From Candidatus Limiplasma sp. (GTDB lineage: Bacteria; Bacillota; Clostridia; Christensenellales; Aristaeellaceae): a stretch of 64,000 nt of DNA. Position numbers and translations under genes: made by a program. Below are positions 7,601 through 16,121 of this stretch, in pieces. The DNA is taken from NCBI GenBank assembly GCA_963663285.2, contig CAXXNI010000004.1, positions 491,805 through 555,804 of the forward strand, read 5' to 3'. The notes beneath the pieces are model-generated. The model was not told the DNA's origin. It did not search any database and was given only the letters and a program-made list of their open reading frames with translations. Numbering within the stretch: the first letter of the stretch is position 1; each line of letters begins with the position of its first letter.

Positions 7601-9997
7601 ATGAAGATCAACGAGGCAAGGGAATTTATCAAACGGGCGTTACCTGCGTCGGATCGGATCAGCGTTGCGGACGATGTAATCGATTCGTTCGCCGCCCATG
7701 CGGTGATGCTGCGCGATCAGGTGGCGTGGTGCAAGAACCTGCCGGAAGATATTTTCCTTGTGTACGTGCTGTTTCCGCGCGTAAACAACGAGCACCTGGA
7801 GGCGCATCGCGAAGGCATTTACCGGGAGCTGTTTCCACGAATACAGGGCATGAGTATGCGGCAGGCCGCTTTGGAAGTGAATTTCTGGTGTCTTGAAAAA
7901 GCGACCTACTGCACGACCGATGCGCGCACAGCCAGCGCCAAAACCGTAATCCGCAGGGCTTGCGGGCGCTGCGGCGAAGAATCGACGTTGCTGGTTTGCG
8001 CGCTGCGCGCCGTAGGCATTCCCGCGCGGCAGATTTATGTGCCACGGTGGGCGCACTGCGATGATAACCATGCCTGGGTGGAAGCCTACGTGGAAGGTGA
8101 ATGGCATTACATGGGTGCGTGTGAGCCGGAAATGGAGCTGGACAGCGGCTGGTTTACATCCGCCGCGTCACGGGCGATGCTGATCCATACGGTTGCGTAT
8201 GGCATCTGCCCTGCGGATGAAGAGATGCTTTCCGAAAACCATAACCGCTTTATTCTCAACCGGATCAAAGCATATGCGCAGTGCCAGGCAATACGGGTTC
8301 GCATCCACACGGGCGGCACCCCGCTGGCCGGGGCACGCGTGGCGTTTGAGCTGTTTAACGAGGGCGAGCTGGTGCCGCTGTGCAGCCTTTGCACAGGGGA
8401 TGACGGATGCGTTGTTATCACTGTCGGGCGGGGTGGTTTGCACCTGCAAATTTCCCATGAGGGCCGCTTTATCACCACGGTGATTGATACCCGGCAAACA
8501 ACGGCTGTCGATATTGATTTTTCGCAGGGTAAGGATATTCACCACGCAACCGATGCGCTGGAGCTGTTCGCGCCTGCCGAAACCCGGTTTACCGTTCCCG
8601 ACGAGTCCGTTGTTTACGAGGAACGCCTTGCGCAGTGCCGGGAGAAACGGCTCGCCTATGCGGCATCCTTTGCAGCGGAGGATGACCTGCTGGAAAAAGC
8701 CGGTGGCAACGCCGCCGTGATTGCGGGCTTTTTGGCAGGCAGTACCGGAGAAACGCAAGAGAAACGCGCGCTGCTGCGCTCGCTGGCGGACAAAGACCTT
8801 TCGGATATTACCGCGGATGTGCTTTGCGATGTACTGGAAACGGCGGCGCCCTTTCGCGGCCGGTATCCTGAGGATGTGTTTAACGCGTCCGTACTTTGCC
8901 CGCGCGTGGAATTTGAGCACCTGTACCCGGTACGGCGTGCGATTAAAGCCTATTTTGCAGACAGGCAAATCGTTTTTACCGGCGCGGCTGATGTGTTTGC
9001 GTGGGTTACGCAGCATGTGGCGGATAACGGGCTGCTGCCGCAGCAGGCGGTACTGCCGGCCAATCCGTATGCGGCGCTTACGGCAGGGCGTACGGACCGG
9101 CGCACCAAAACGGTGCTTGCCATTACCATTTGCCGTACCTTCGGCTATGCCGTACGGCTTTCACCGGTTTCGCAGGAGCCGGAGCAGTATGCGGGCACGG
9201 CGTATGTACCGCTGTTCCCGCAGGAAATACCCACGGCCGACTTGACGCTGAAAAAGGAAACAACCGCTTCCGTGATGCAAAGGGTGCATTTTACGCTTGG
9301 AAAGCTGGAAGACGGAGCATATAAAACGCTGTCCCTGCAGCAGGAAACGGTGGACGAAGAAAAAGCGGTTGCGCTTTGCGGCGGCGACTATCGCCTGCTG
9401 ACGGGCATTCGCCAGATCGACGGTTCGATTTTGGCAAACGCGCTGTACTTTCAATTAAAGGATGGGGAGCACAAGGTGCTGCCCCTGCGTCTGCCGGACA
9501 ACCGCATGGAAGGCAAGCTGCACCATGCACCTTTGCCTGTGCTTGCAGTAGAAGGCATTGCGGGCGAAAAAATCGATTTGTCCCGCCTGTTGGCAAACGG
9601 CGGCATCCTGTCGGTCGTGGCGCCGAGTCAGGAACCGACGGAGCATTTGCTGCTGGAATCGACGCAGCTTTGCAAGCGGATCATTCGTGAAAACCGCCAT
9701 CTGCTCTACATTGTCAGGGATGAGAAGGAGGCGGCGCACCCGACGATCGCCCAGCCGCTGCAAATGCTGGGCGGCAACGCAAGCATCGCCGTGCTGCGCA
9801 GTGCGGACGGACTGACGCAAATGCGGCAGGCGCTGCGGGTGGGCGACCCCCGCCTTCCGTTTTCCGTAGCCGTGAATCAAGCGGGGCAAGCGCTGTTCGC
9901 CTTTGCCAATTATAATATCGGCACGATTGAGACCCTGTTGGATATTCTGCTTGCCGATGAGGGCGGACTGTATTGCTTGAAAGAGCATCATGCTTGA
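7601..9997 (+). CDS. transglutaminase-core domain protein with PNGase (Png1/NGLY1)-like Cys/His motifs; large uncharacterised C-terminal region
   Basis: A 798-aa product with no signal peptide. The core reads RRACGRCGEESTLLVCALRAVGIPARQIYVPRWAHCDDNHAWVEAYVEGEWHYMGACEPE. The remaining roughly 600 aa look like beta-sandwich repeats that I cannot name. Confidence 0.8.
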   Translation: MKINEAREFIKRALPASDRISVADDVIDSFAAHAVMLRDQVAWCKNLPEDIFLVYVLFPRVNNEHLEAHREGIYRELFPRIQGMSMRQAALEVNFWCLEKATYCTTDARTASAKTVIRRACGRCGEESTLLVCALRAVGIPARQIYVPRWAHCDDNHAWVEAYVEGEWHYMGACEPEMELDSGWFTSAASRAMLIHTVAYGICPADEEMLSENHNRFILNRIKAYAQCQAIRVRIHTGGTPLAGARVAFELFNEGELVPLCSLCTGDDGCVVITVGRGGLHLQISHEGRFITTVIDTRQTTAVDIDFSQGKDIHHATDALELFAPAETRFTVPDESVVYEERLAQCREKRLAYAASFAAEDDLLEKAGGNAAVIAGFLAGSTGETQEKRALLRSLADKDLSDITADVLCDVLETAAPFRGRYPEDVFNASVLCPRVEFEHLYPVRRAIKAYFADRQIVFTGAADVFAWVTQHVADNGLLPQQAVLPANPYAALTAGRTDRRTKTVLAITICRTFGYAVRLSPVSQEPEQYAGTAYVPLFPQEIPTADLTLKKETTASVMQRVHFTLGKLEDGAYKTLSLQQETVDEEKAVALCGGDYRLLTGIRQIDGSILANALYFQLKDGEHKVLPLRLPDNRMEGKLHHAPLPVLAVEGIAGEKIDLSRLLANGGILSVVAPSQEPTEHLLLESTQLCKRIIRENRHLLYIVRDEKEAAHPTIAQPLQMLGGNASIAVLRSADGLTQMRQALRVGDPRLPFSVAVNQAGQALFAFANYNIGTIETLLDILLADEGGLYCLKEHHA

Positions 9998-10184
9998 CCG
10001 CAGCTGTTCATACGGATAGGGCATTTATCCGCAGGGCTTGATATGGAGCGTGGCTGGATTGCCGGTGTGCGCACACATATGGCATTTTCCGGGGTGGCCC
10101 TTCAAATCAGCTGCATTATGAGTCGATTTCCACCTGCATTCTTTGGAATGGGGACATTCCCGCGCCCTAAGCAGGTACATAATC

Positions 10185-10225
10185 AAAAAACCCGGCAGGC
10201 AATACACATGCCTGCCGGGTTTTTG
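10185..10225. terminator. bidirectional intrinsic terminator between convergent genes
   Basis: AAAAAA, then CCCGGCAGGC (10191-10200), a 9-nt loop, GCCTGCCGGG (10210-10219), then TTTTT. Confidence 0.75.
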
Positions 10226-10243
10226 TTATATACAGTGGCAACT

Positions 10244-11086
10244 TCAACCGTTCGCTTCGTCCCCGTTTAAGAATTCTTCGCGAATCGTGACTTTGAATTC
10301 CTTGGCGATGGCGCGTAAATCCGCATCGGATATGGTTTGCAGCTGTGGCTGGCCGGAGGAAAGCACCTTCATGTAGATTTCGGCAGCTTTTTCAATGGTG
10401 TGCATCAGGCCGAAAGCGGTGTCCAAATCCGGCCCGCTGACAAACGTACCGTGATGCGCCCAGATGGCGGCGTCATATTCCTTCATCAACGCGCTGGTCG
10501 CCAGCGCAATTTCCGCGCCGCCGGGCACCATCCACGGCACTACGCCCACGCCGCCGGGGAAAACCACCGGGCATTCGGTAGCGCTTTTCCAAAGCACACG
10601 GGAAAAAGCCTTTGCCGTCAGGGGCAAAATATAGGTCATGGCGATTACGTTAGGGGTGTGCGCATGGTAAATGACGCGGCAAACACCGCCGGTCGCCTGC
10701 TTGCGTACGCTGTGGTTCATAAAATGGCTGGGGAATTCGCTGGTGGGTACGCCGCCCTGCTCCAGTCCCCATACAATGCGCCACGCGTTGCCCTGCGGGT
10801 TAATCTCCAGGATGCACAGGTTGTTTTGCGGTTCCAAAACGACATTGCGCATAAATTTGCCGCTGCCCGAAGAAATAAAATATTCTCCCGCAAGGTTTTC
10901 AGCCGTAACATCCATCGCCGTCCATGCGCCCGGTTTTTCCGCGAAAAACGGCTTGCATTGTTCAATTTCCGCAGCCGTCATGCGGTAGGTCAGGTTGCCG
11001 CCGTTGCGCTCGTGCCAGCCAAGCAGCCATCCGTCGTTACAGGTGCGCACCGCTTTTTGCATTACTTGCATATCCATCATGTTCAT
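10244..11086 (-). CDS. rhaD: rhamnulose-1-phosphate aldolase (class II aldolase)
   Basis: The N-terminus ...TCNDGWLLGWHERNGGNLTYRM matches the RhaD signature (WLKGWDERNGGNLTLR in E. coli). Length is 280 aa and the gene overlaps the rhaA stop. Confidence 0.9.
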   Translation of the reverse strand: MNMMDMQVMQKAVRTCNDGWLLGWHERNGGNLTYRMTAAEIEQCKPFFAEKPGAWTAMDVTAENLAGEYFISSGSGKFMRNVVLEPQNNLCILEINPQGNAWRIVWGLEQGGVPTSEFPSHFMNHSVRKQATGGVCRVIYHAHTPNVIAMTYILPLTAKAFSRVLWKSATECPVVFPGGVGVVPWMVPGGAEIALATSALMKEYDAAIWAHHGTFVSGPDLDTAFGLMHTIEKAAEIYMKVLSSGQPQLQTISDADLRAIAKEFKVTIREEFLNGDEANG

Positions 11087-12348
11087 GCGTTTTCCCTCGC
11101 TTTTAATACAGTTGCTTCATATTCGGTCACCGCGGAGAACCAATCGTCCTCCAATGGTACGCCCGCCTTTTGGCAATAGGCATCCCACATAACGCCAAAG
11201 GGCAGGGTTTTGCAGGCTTCCTGCCGCGCCAGCAATTCGGTAAAGCGGCCTTCCTCCTGCAGTGCCATCAGCATCCGGTGCGGGGTCAGCAGCGCCATCA
11301 GCAATGCCTTTTGCAGGTTACGCGTACCGATCACCCATGCCGCTACCCTGTTGATGGAAGCATCGAAGAAATCCAGCCCGATCAGCGCTTTATCCAGCGC
11401 GTTGCAGCGCACCAGCTCGGCGGCAATCGCGGTCAGCTCGTCATCCAGCCGGATTACATGGTCGCTGTCCCAGCGTACCGGGCGGGTAACGTGCAGGGGC
11501 AGGCGGTCAAAGTGGCACAGCATAGCGGAAATCTTATCGCTTACCAGCTCGGTGGGGTGGTAGTGCCCGTTATCCAGCAGGTCGTACACGCCGGGATGCC
11601 TGGCCGCATAGCCCAGATAAAACTCGTGGCTGCCGACTGTGTAGGCTTCTACGCCGATGCCGAATACCTTGCTTTCCACACTGTCGATAACGCCTTCCAG
11701 CTTCTCTGCAAAAATCTGATCAAGACTGTCCGCAAGCCGCCGGCGCGGGGCAAGGCGGTCGGCAGGAATGTCCTTGAGTCCGTCCGGAATCCAGACGTTG
11801 CAAAGGCAGTGCGTGTTCAGCTCTTTGGCGAAGTATGCGGCAATGCGGCGGCAGGCCTGCCCGTGGCGCACCCAGAAGGCGCGCGTTTCCGCATCGGGGC
11901 TGGAAAGGGTCAGCCCGTCCTTGACCATGGGGTGGCTGAAGTAGGTCGGGTTAAAGTCGATGCCCAGTCCGCGGCTTTTTGCGTACTCCACCCACGGCGC
12001 GAAGTGCTTGGGTAAAAGAGCATCCCGGTCCACCTTTTCACCGGGGGCAAAAACTGCGTAGCTGGCATGCAGGTTGATACGCTTCTGCCCGGGAATCAGG
12101 CTGATGGCCTTGTCAAAGTCCGCCGTTAATTCGGCATACGTGCGCGCCTTGCCGGGGTAGTTGCCCGTGGTTTGAATACCGCCGGAGAGCGCCTCGCCGG
12201 TGCTTTCAAAGCCGGTTACATCGTCGCCCTGCCAGCAATGGATGCTGACCGGTACCTGCATAAGCTGCGAAAAAGCGTTGTCCACATCCACGCCCAGCGC
12301 CGCATACTTTGCTTTTGCCGCTGCAAACAATTCGTCCATTCTTCTCAT
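11083..12348 (-). CDS. rhaA: L-rhamnose isomerase
   Basis: A 421-aa product with the motif SIHCWQGDDVTGFE and full-length resemblance to RhaA. A 4-nt overlap occurs at each end with rhaB and rhaD. Confidence 0.95.
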   Translation of the reverse strand: MRRMDELFAAAKAKYAALGVDVDNAFSQLMQVPVSIHCWQGDDVTGFESTGEALSGGIQTTGNYPGKARTYAELTADFDKAISLIPGQKRINLHASYAVFAPGEKVDRDALLPKHFAPWVEYAKSRGLGIDFNPTYFSHPMVKDGLTLSSPDAETRAFWVRHGQACRRIAAYFAKELNTHCLCNVWIPDGLKDIPADRLAPRRRLADSLDQIFAEKLEGVIDSVESKVFGIGVEAYTVGSHEFYLGYAARHPGVYDLLDNGHYHPTELVSDKISAMLCHFDRLPLHVTRPVRWDSDHVIRLDDELTAIAAELVRCNALDKALIGLDFFDASINRVAAWVIGTRNLQKALLMALLTPHRMLMALQEEGRFTELLARQEACKTLPFGVMWDAYCQKAGVPLEDDWFSAVTEYEATVLKARENA

Positions 12349-13745
12349 TCTCCTTTATTTTCCGGTTGGTAGGTTTTCACGGTAAAATCCCTGCGGATCA
12401 GGGCGCGCGCGGCAGAGAGGTTTTCAATGCCGCCAAGCGCGATCATCTGCGCGATTACATTACCCAGCGCCGTGCCCTCCGCGGGGCCTGCGTACACGGG
12501 CAGTCCGGTTTCATCAGCTGTCCATTGGTTCAGTACGGTGTTCTGGCTTCCGCCGCCTACAATGTGCACCGCCGTAAATGCTTTGCCCGTAAGCTCTTCC
12601 AATGCGCGAATATCGCGGGCGTAGCCTACGGCAAGGCTGTGCAGCACACAGCGCAGCAGCTGCGCCGTATCCGCGGGTTCCGGCTGGCCGGCTTCCCGCA
12701 GCGCCGCGCTGACTTCGGCGGTCATGCTGCGGGGCGCAAGGAAACGGTTATCCGCCACGTTTACCACCGGCATGTATGCGGCTGCGCCTGCTGCCATTTC
12801 CGCCATTTCCGCAAAGGAGTAGCGGTCGTCCAGCTCGTGGCGGATGTTCTGCATCATCCACATGCCCATGATGTTGCGCAGAAAGCGTACCTTGCCGCCG
12901 TAACCGCCCTCGTTAGTGAAGCCCACCAGCCGCGCCGCTTCACTTGTAATGGGTGCGTCGTTTTCAACACCCAGCAAACTCCATGTGCCGCTGGACAGGG
13001 TAACGGCGTTGTCATCCTGTGCGGGCACCGCCATAAAAGCGCTGCCGGTATCGTGCGTGGCGGGCAGAATCACCTCGCAGGTGAAGCCCACCGCCTGTGC
13101 CACCTCGGGGCGCAGACATCCAAGCCGTGTGCCGGGAGCTTGCGGCGCTTCCGGGAACAGCGAAGCCGGTATCCCGGCGCGGGTCAATACCGGCCGGTCC
13201 CATGTGCCTGCTCCCGCTGTAAGCAGCGCGCCGGTGGAAGCATCCGTAAACTCGTTGCTCATTATGCCGCACAGCTTATAGTGAAAGTAATCCGGCATCA
13301 GCAAACAACGCGCCGCCTGCGCAAGCTGCTCCCGCGGCGTTGCCATGAGCTGGTAAACGGTATTGAAGGGCTGCTTGGCAATGCCGGTACGCTGATACAG
13401 CCATGCATCATCAATCGTGTTCATGGTTGCCTGCGTACGGTCGTCGCGGTAGGCAATGCAGTCGCCAACACGCTCGCCGCGTGCGTCCACGAGCACATAA
13501 TCCACGCCCCATGTATCCACACCGACGGAGGCGGGTAGTTTACCCAGTGCCTTGCAGCGCTTCATCCCTTCCAGAATATGCGACCATAGGGCGTCCACAT
13601 CCCAGCAATGATGGCCGCTTTTCTCCACCATGCCGTTTGGGAAGCGGTAAACCTCCTCAAGCGATAGCTTGCCGCCCTCCATGCACCCCAGCATGTGCCG
13701 CCCGCTGGAAGCGCCGATATCAATGGCCAACGTATAGACCGGCAT
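12345..13745 (-). CDS. rhaB: rhamnulokinase (FGGY family)
   Basis: The N-terminal LAIDIGASSGR motif, a length of 466 aa, and position as the first gene of the rhaBAD arrangement. Confidence 0.9.
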   Translation of the reverse strand: MPVYTLAIDIGASSGRHMLGCMEGGKLSLEEVYRFPNGMVEKSGHHCWDVDALWSHILEGMKRCKALGKLPASVGVDTWGVDYVLVDARGERVGDCIAYRDDRTQATMNTIDDAWLYQRTGIAKQPFNTVYQLMATPREQLAQAARCLLMPDYFHYKLCGIMSNEFTDASTGALLTAGAGTWDRPVLTRAGIPASLFPEAPQAPGTRLGCLRPEVAQAVGFTCEVILPATHDTGSAFMAVPAQDDNAVTLSSGTWSLLGVENDAPITSEAARLVGFTNEGGYGGKVRFLRNIMGMWMMQNIRHELDDRYSFAEMAEMAAGAAAYMPVVNVADNRFLAPRSMTAEVSAALREAGQPEPADTAQLLRCVLHSLAVGYARDIRALEELTGKAFTAVHIVGGGSQNTVLNQWTADETGLPVYAGPAEGTALGNVIAQMIALGGIENLSAARALIRRDFTVKTYQPENKGE

Positions 13746-13802
13746 TGCGAATCACGTCCTTTGCGATTCTATTTTCTCAAGCATACAGCAAAGAATGCAA
13801 AG

Positions 13803-13834
13803 AAAAAAGGACGTGACTTAAAAGTTTCACGTCC
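13803..13834 (-). terminator. intrinsic terminator after the AraC-family gene
   Basis: On the minus strand, GGACGTGA / TCACGTCC (13809-13816 and 13827-13834) is followed by TTTTTT. The stem overlaps the regulator stop codon. Confidence 0.6.
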
Positions 13835-14792
13835 TGTGTGAACTGCGGTACGTTTTAGGCCCTATGCCCTCGTGCAGCTCAAAAATACGGTAAAAATAGC
13901 TGCTGTTGTCGTACCCTACCGCCTGGCAAATACTTAAGATGCTCATATCCGTATCCCGCAGCAGCTGGCGTGCTACTTCCAGCCTGCGCTGCTGCAGCAG
14001 CGCGGTACAGCTGCTCCCGGTGACCTCGCGGGCAATACGGCTGACATATGCGGCGGATACGCCATGCGTTTTGGCAAACGTGCCGACATGAAAGGTTGCG
14101 TAGTGGGTGCGGATATCTCCCAGCAATTCCACAGCCAGCGTGTTCCAGCGCCTGAGGCCGGTGGAAAGCTGTAAACAATCGGTACGCTCCAAAAGGTGCA
14201 AAAACAACAGCCCCATTTCCACCTGATGGATGCGCCGCCGTATGTCCGCGGCATCCACAAAGCCATACAGTATACTTTGCAGCAGATGTTGTATGCTTTG
14301 GCTGTCCGCCACGGGGAAGTACAGGTACGGAATGCTGCTTTCGCCGGTGCGCAGCGCATCCAGCAAAAAGCGCCCCAGCGCGTTATGCGCACCTACCATT
14401 TCCAGCGCAAAATCAAAAAAGGCCGGCTGCACCAGAAAATTAACCGCCACATCCGCCGGCCCGCACAGGGCAATGCTATGCATGGCGTGGCGGTTGATCA
14501 TTAGTATTTCGCCCGCATGCAGGGTCAGGGTTTCCGGTCCTGCCATGGTATGTACGGTCTGCCCGCGAAGCATTACCATGACTTCCACAAAATCGTGCCG
14601 GTGCGGCGGAAACGCCACAAAGCGCGTATGGGGGCGCACGGTAATCATCTGTTCGCGGGGTATCAGCCGGTCGCCCTCCAGCATGCCGCCCGTGGCAGAT
14701 GTATAGTACGCCATGTCCAGCCGCCCGCCCGCAAGCAGGCGCGTCTCCTCCGGCGTAACGGCGGCAAAGCGCTCAATCAGCCTATCATCCAT
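13827..14792 (-). CDS. AraC-family transcriptional regulator (RhaR/RhaS-like: cupin plus 2x HTH)
   Basis: The C-terminal AraC HTH reads ...SAAYVSRIAREVTGSSCTALLQQRRLEVARQLL...GYDNSSYFYRIF. AAGGAG lies 7 nt upstream of the ATG at 14792, so the ORF-track start at 14891 is probably an over-extension. Confidence 0.85.
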   Translation of the reverse strand: MDDRLIERFAAVTPEETRLLAGGRLDMAYYTSATGGMLEGDRLIPREQMITVRPHTRFVAFPPHRHDFVEVMVMLRGQTVHTMAGPETLTLHAGEILMINRHAMHSIALCGPADVAVNFLVQPAFFDFALEMVGAHNALGRFLLDALRTGESSIPYLYFPVADSQSIQHLLQSILYGFVDAADIRRRIHQVEMGLLFLHLLERTDCLQLSTGLRRWNTLAVELLGDIRTHYATFHVGTFAKTHGVSAAYVSRIAREVTGSSCTALLQQRRLEVARQLLRDTDMSILSICQAVGYDNSSYFYRIFELHEGIGPKTYRSSHRT

Positions 14793-15022
14793 GGCGGCTC
14801 TCCTTTCGGGGGGTGCTGTACCGGGCACGCTTTTACGATGTGATGTTTCGTTCGTTGTTTCCATTATACCACCTGCGGCGGACGGCACCAATGGCAGCCG
14901 AAGCTGTTTGCACCGTAATTTTGTTGGCAGGGTGCAAGCTCCGGTTTGCGTTACGTGCTATTTTCTATTTGAGTGCCGCTGAAAAAATCCAAAAGAAGCG
15001 GGGGAAACAGGCACTGCAATGG

Positions 15023-16087
15023 TCAGGGCACAATTTTAAGTTCCTTTGGAAATTGGTTCAAAACTTCCGCGCCGTGATCTCCCATCAGCAGTGCGTCCTC
15101 GATGCGCACCCCGAAGCGTCCCGGCAGGTAAATGCCCGGTTCAATGGTAAAGCACATGCCCGGTTGCACCGGGATGTGCCGGTGCGGCCTGTCAAACGGC
15201 TCTTCATGAAAATCGATGCCCAGCCCGTGGCTTGTTTTATGCGTAAAATACTCTCCATAACCCGCTTGCTCAATAACGCTGCGCGCGGCCCGGTCCAGCT
15301 CCGCAATGAATACGCCGGGTTCGGCGGCGTTTATGGCCGCTTTGTTGGCTTGCCGGACAACATCGTACACATGCTGCTGCTCCGGGTCCGCTTCGCGGAA
15401 AAATACCGTGCGCGTCATGTCGCTGAAATATCCGCCGATGCGCATACCCGTATCCACCAGTACCGCGTCCCCTGCGCGGAGCTTGCGATTGCCGGGGCTA
15501 TGGTGGGGCTCCGCCGTCCCTTCGCCGAAGGCGCACATGGGAGACCCTTCAAAAATGCCTGCTCCGGCGCGTTCAAACGCGTCGGCGACGGTTTTGGAAA
15601 ACTGCCTCTCCGTAATGCCCTCCGTAAGCCGCGCAAACGCATCCGCCAATACGGCATCCGTAACCTGTGACGCGTTTCGCAGCCGGTCCATCTCCATGCC
15701 GTCTTTGCGGCTTCTCGCTTGCTCCACATAAGCGGAAACACGAAAAGCGATATCGCTTCGTGTTTCCAGCAAGGGCAGAAGAAAACGGGCGTGTAAAGCG
15801 CCGTCCACACCGGTCGGCACGGCCTGCAATAAACGGGACAGCTGTTCCACCGTCTGGCTCTCATCCGTATAGACAATCGTTTCACAGCCCTCGCAGTAAG
15901 CCTGTGCCAGCATATAGCAAAGCAACTTGCAGTCCTCAGGGCCGATAATCAGCGCGTCCAGACGATCCATCGGCTGTACCCATTGCCCGGTGAGGTACCA
16001 TATGCTTTGCGGAGCGGTAACAATCAACTGCTGTATATTCTGCTGCTCCATAAGCAGCCTGACATTTTTTAAGCGGTTCTGATTCAT
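15023..16087 (-). CDS. M24B-family metallopeptidase (Xaa-Pro aminopeptidase/dipeptidase-like)
   Basis: Motifs HGLGIDFHEEP, CFTIEPGIY and VRIEDAL. GGAG lies 6 nt upstream of the ATG at 16087. Confidence 0.85.
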   Translation of the reverse strand: MNQNRLKNVRLLMEQQNIQQLIVTAPQSIWYLTGQWVQPMDRLDALIIGPEDCKLLCYMLAQAYCEGCETIVYTDESQTVEQLSRLLQAVPTGVDGALHARFLLPLLETRSDIAFRVSAYVEQARSRKDGMEMDRLRNASQVTDAVLADAFARLTEGITERQFSKTVADAFERAGAGIFEGSPMCAFGEGTAEPHHSPGNRKLRAGDAVLVDTGMRIGGYFSDMTRTVFFREADPEQQHVYDVVRQANKAAINAAEPGVFIAELDRAARSVIEQAGYGEYFTHKTSHGLGIDFHEEPFDRPHRHIPVQPGMCFTIEPGIYLPGRFGVRIEDALLMGDHGAEVLNQFPKELKIVP

Positions 16088-16121
16088 GCTTACTCCATTC
16101 AGGCATTCGTGCCATAACAAC

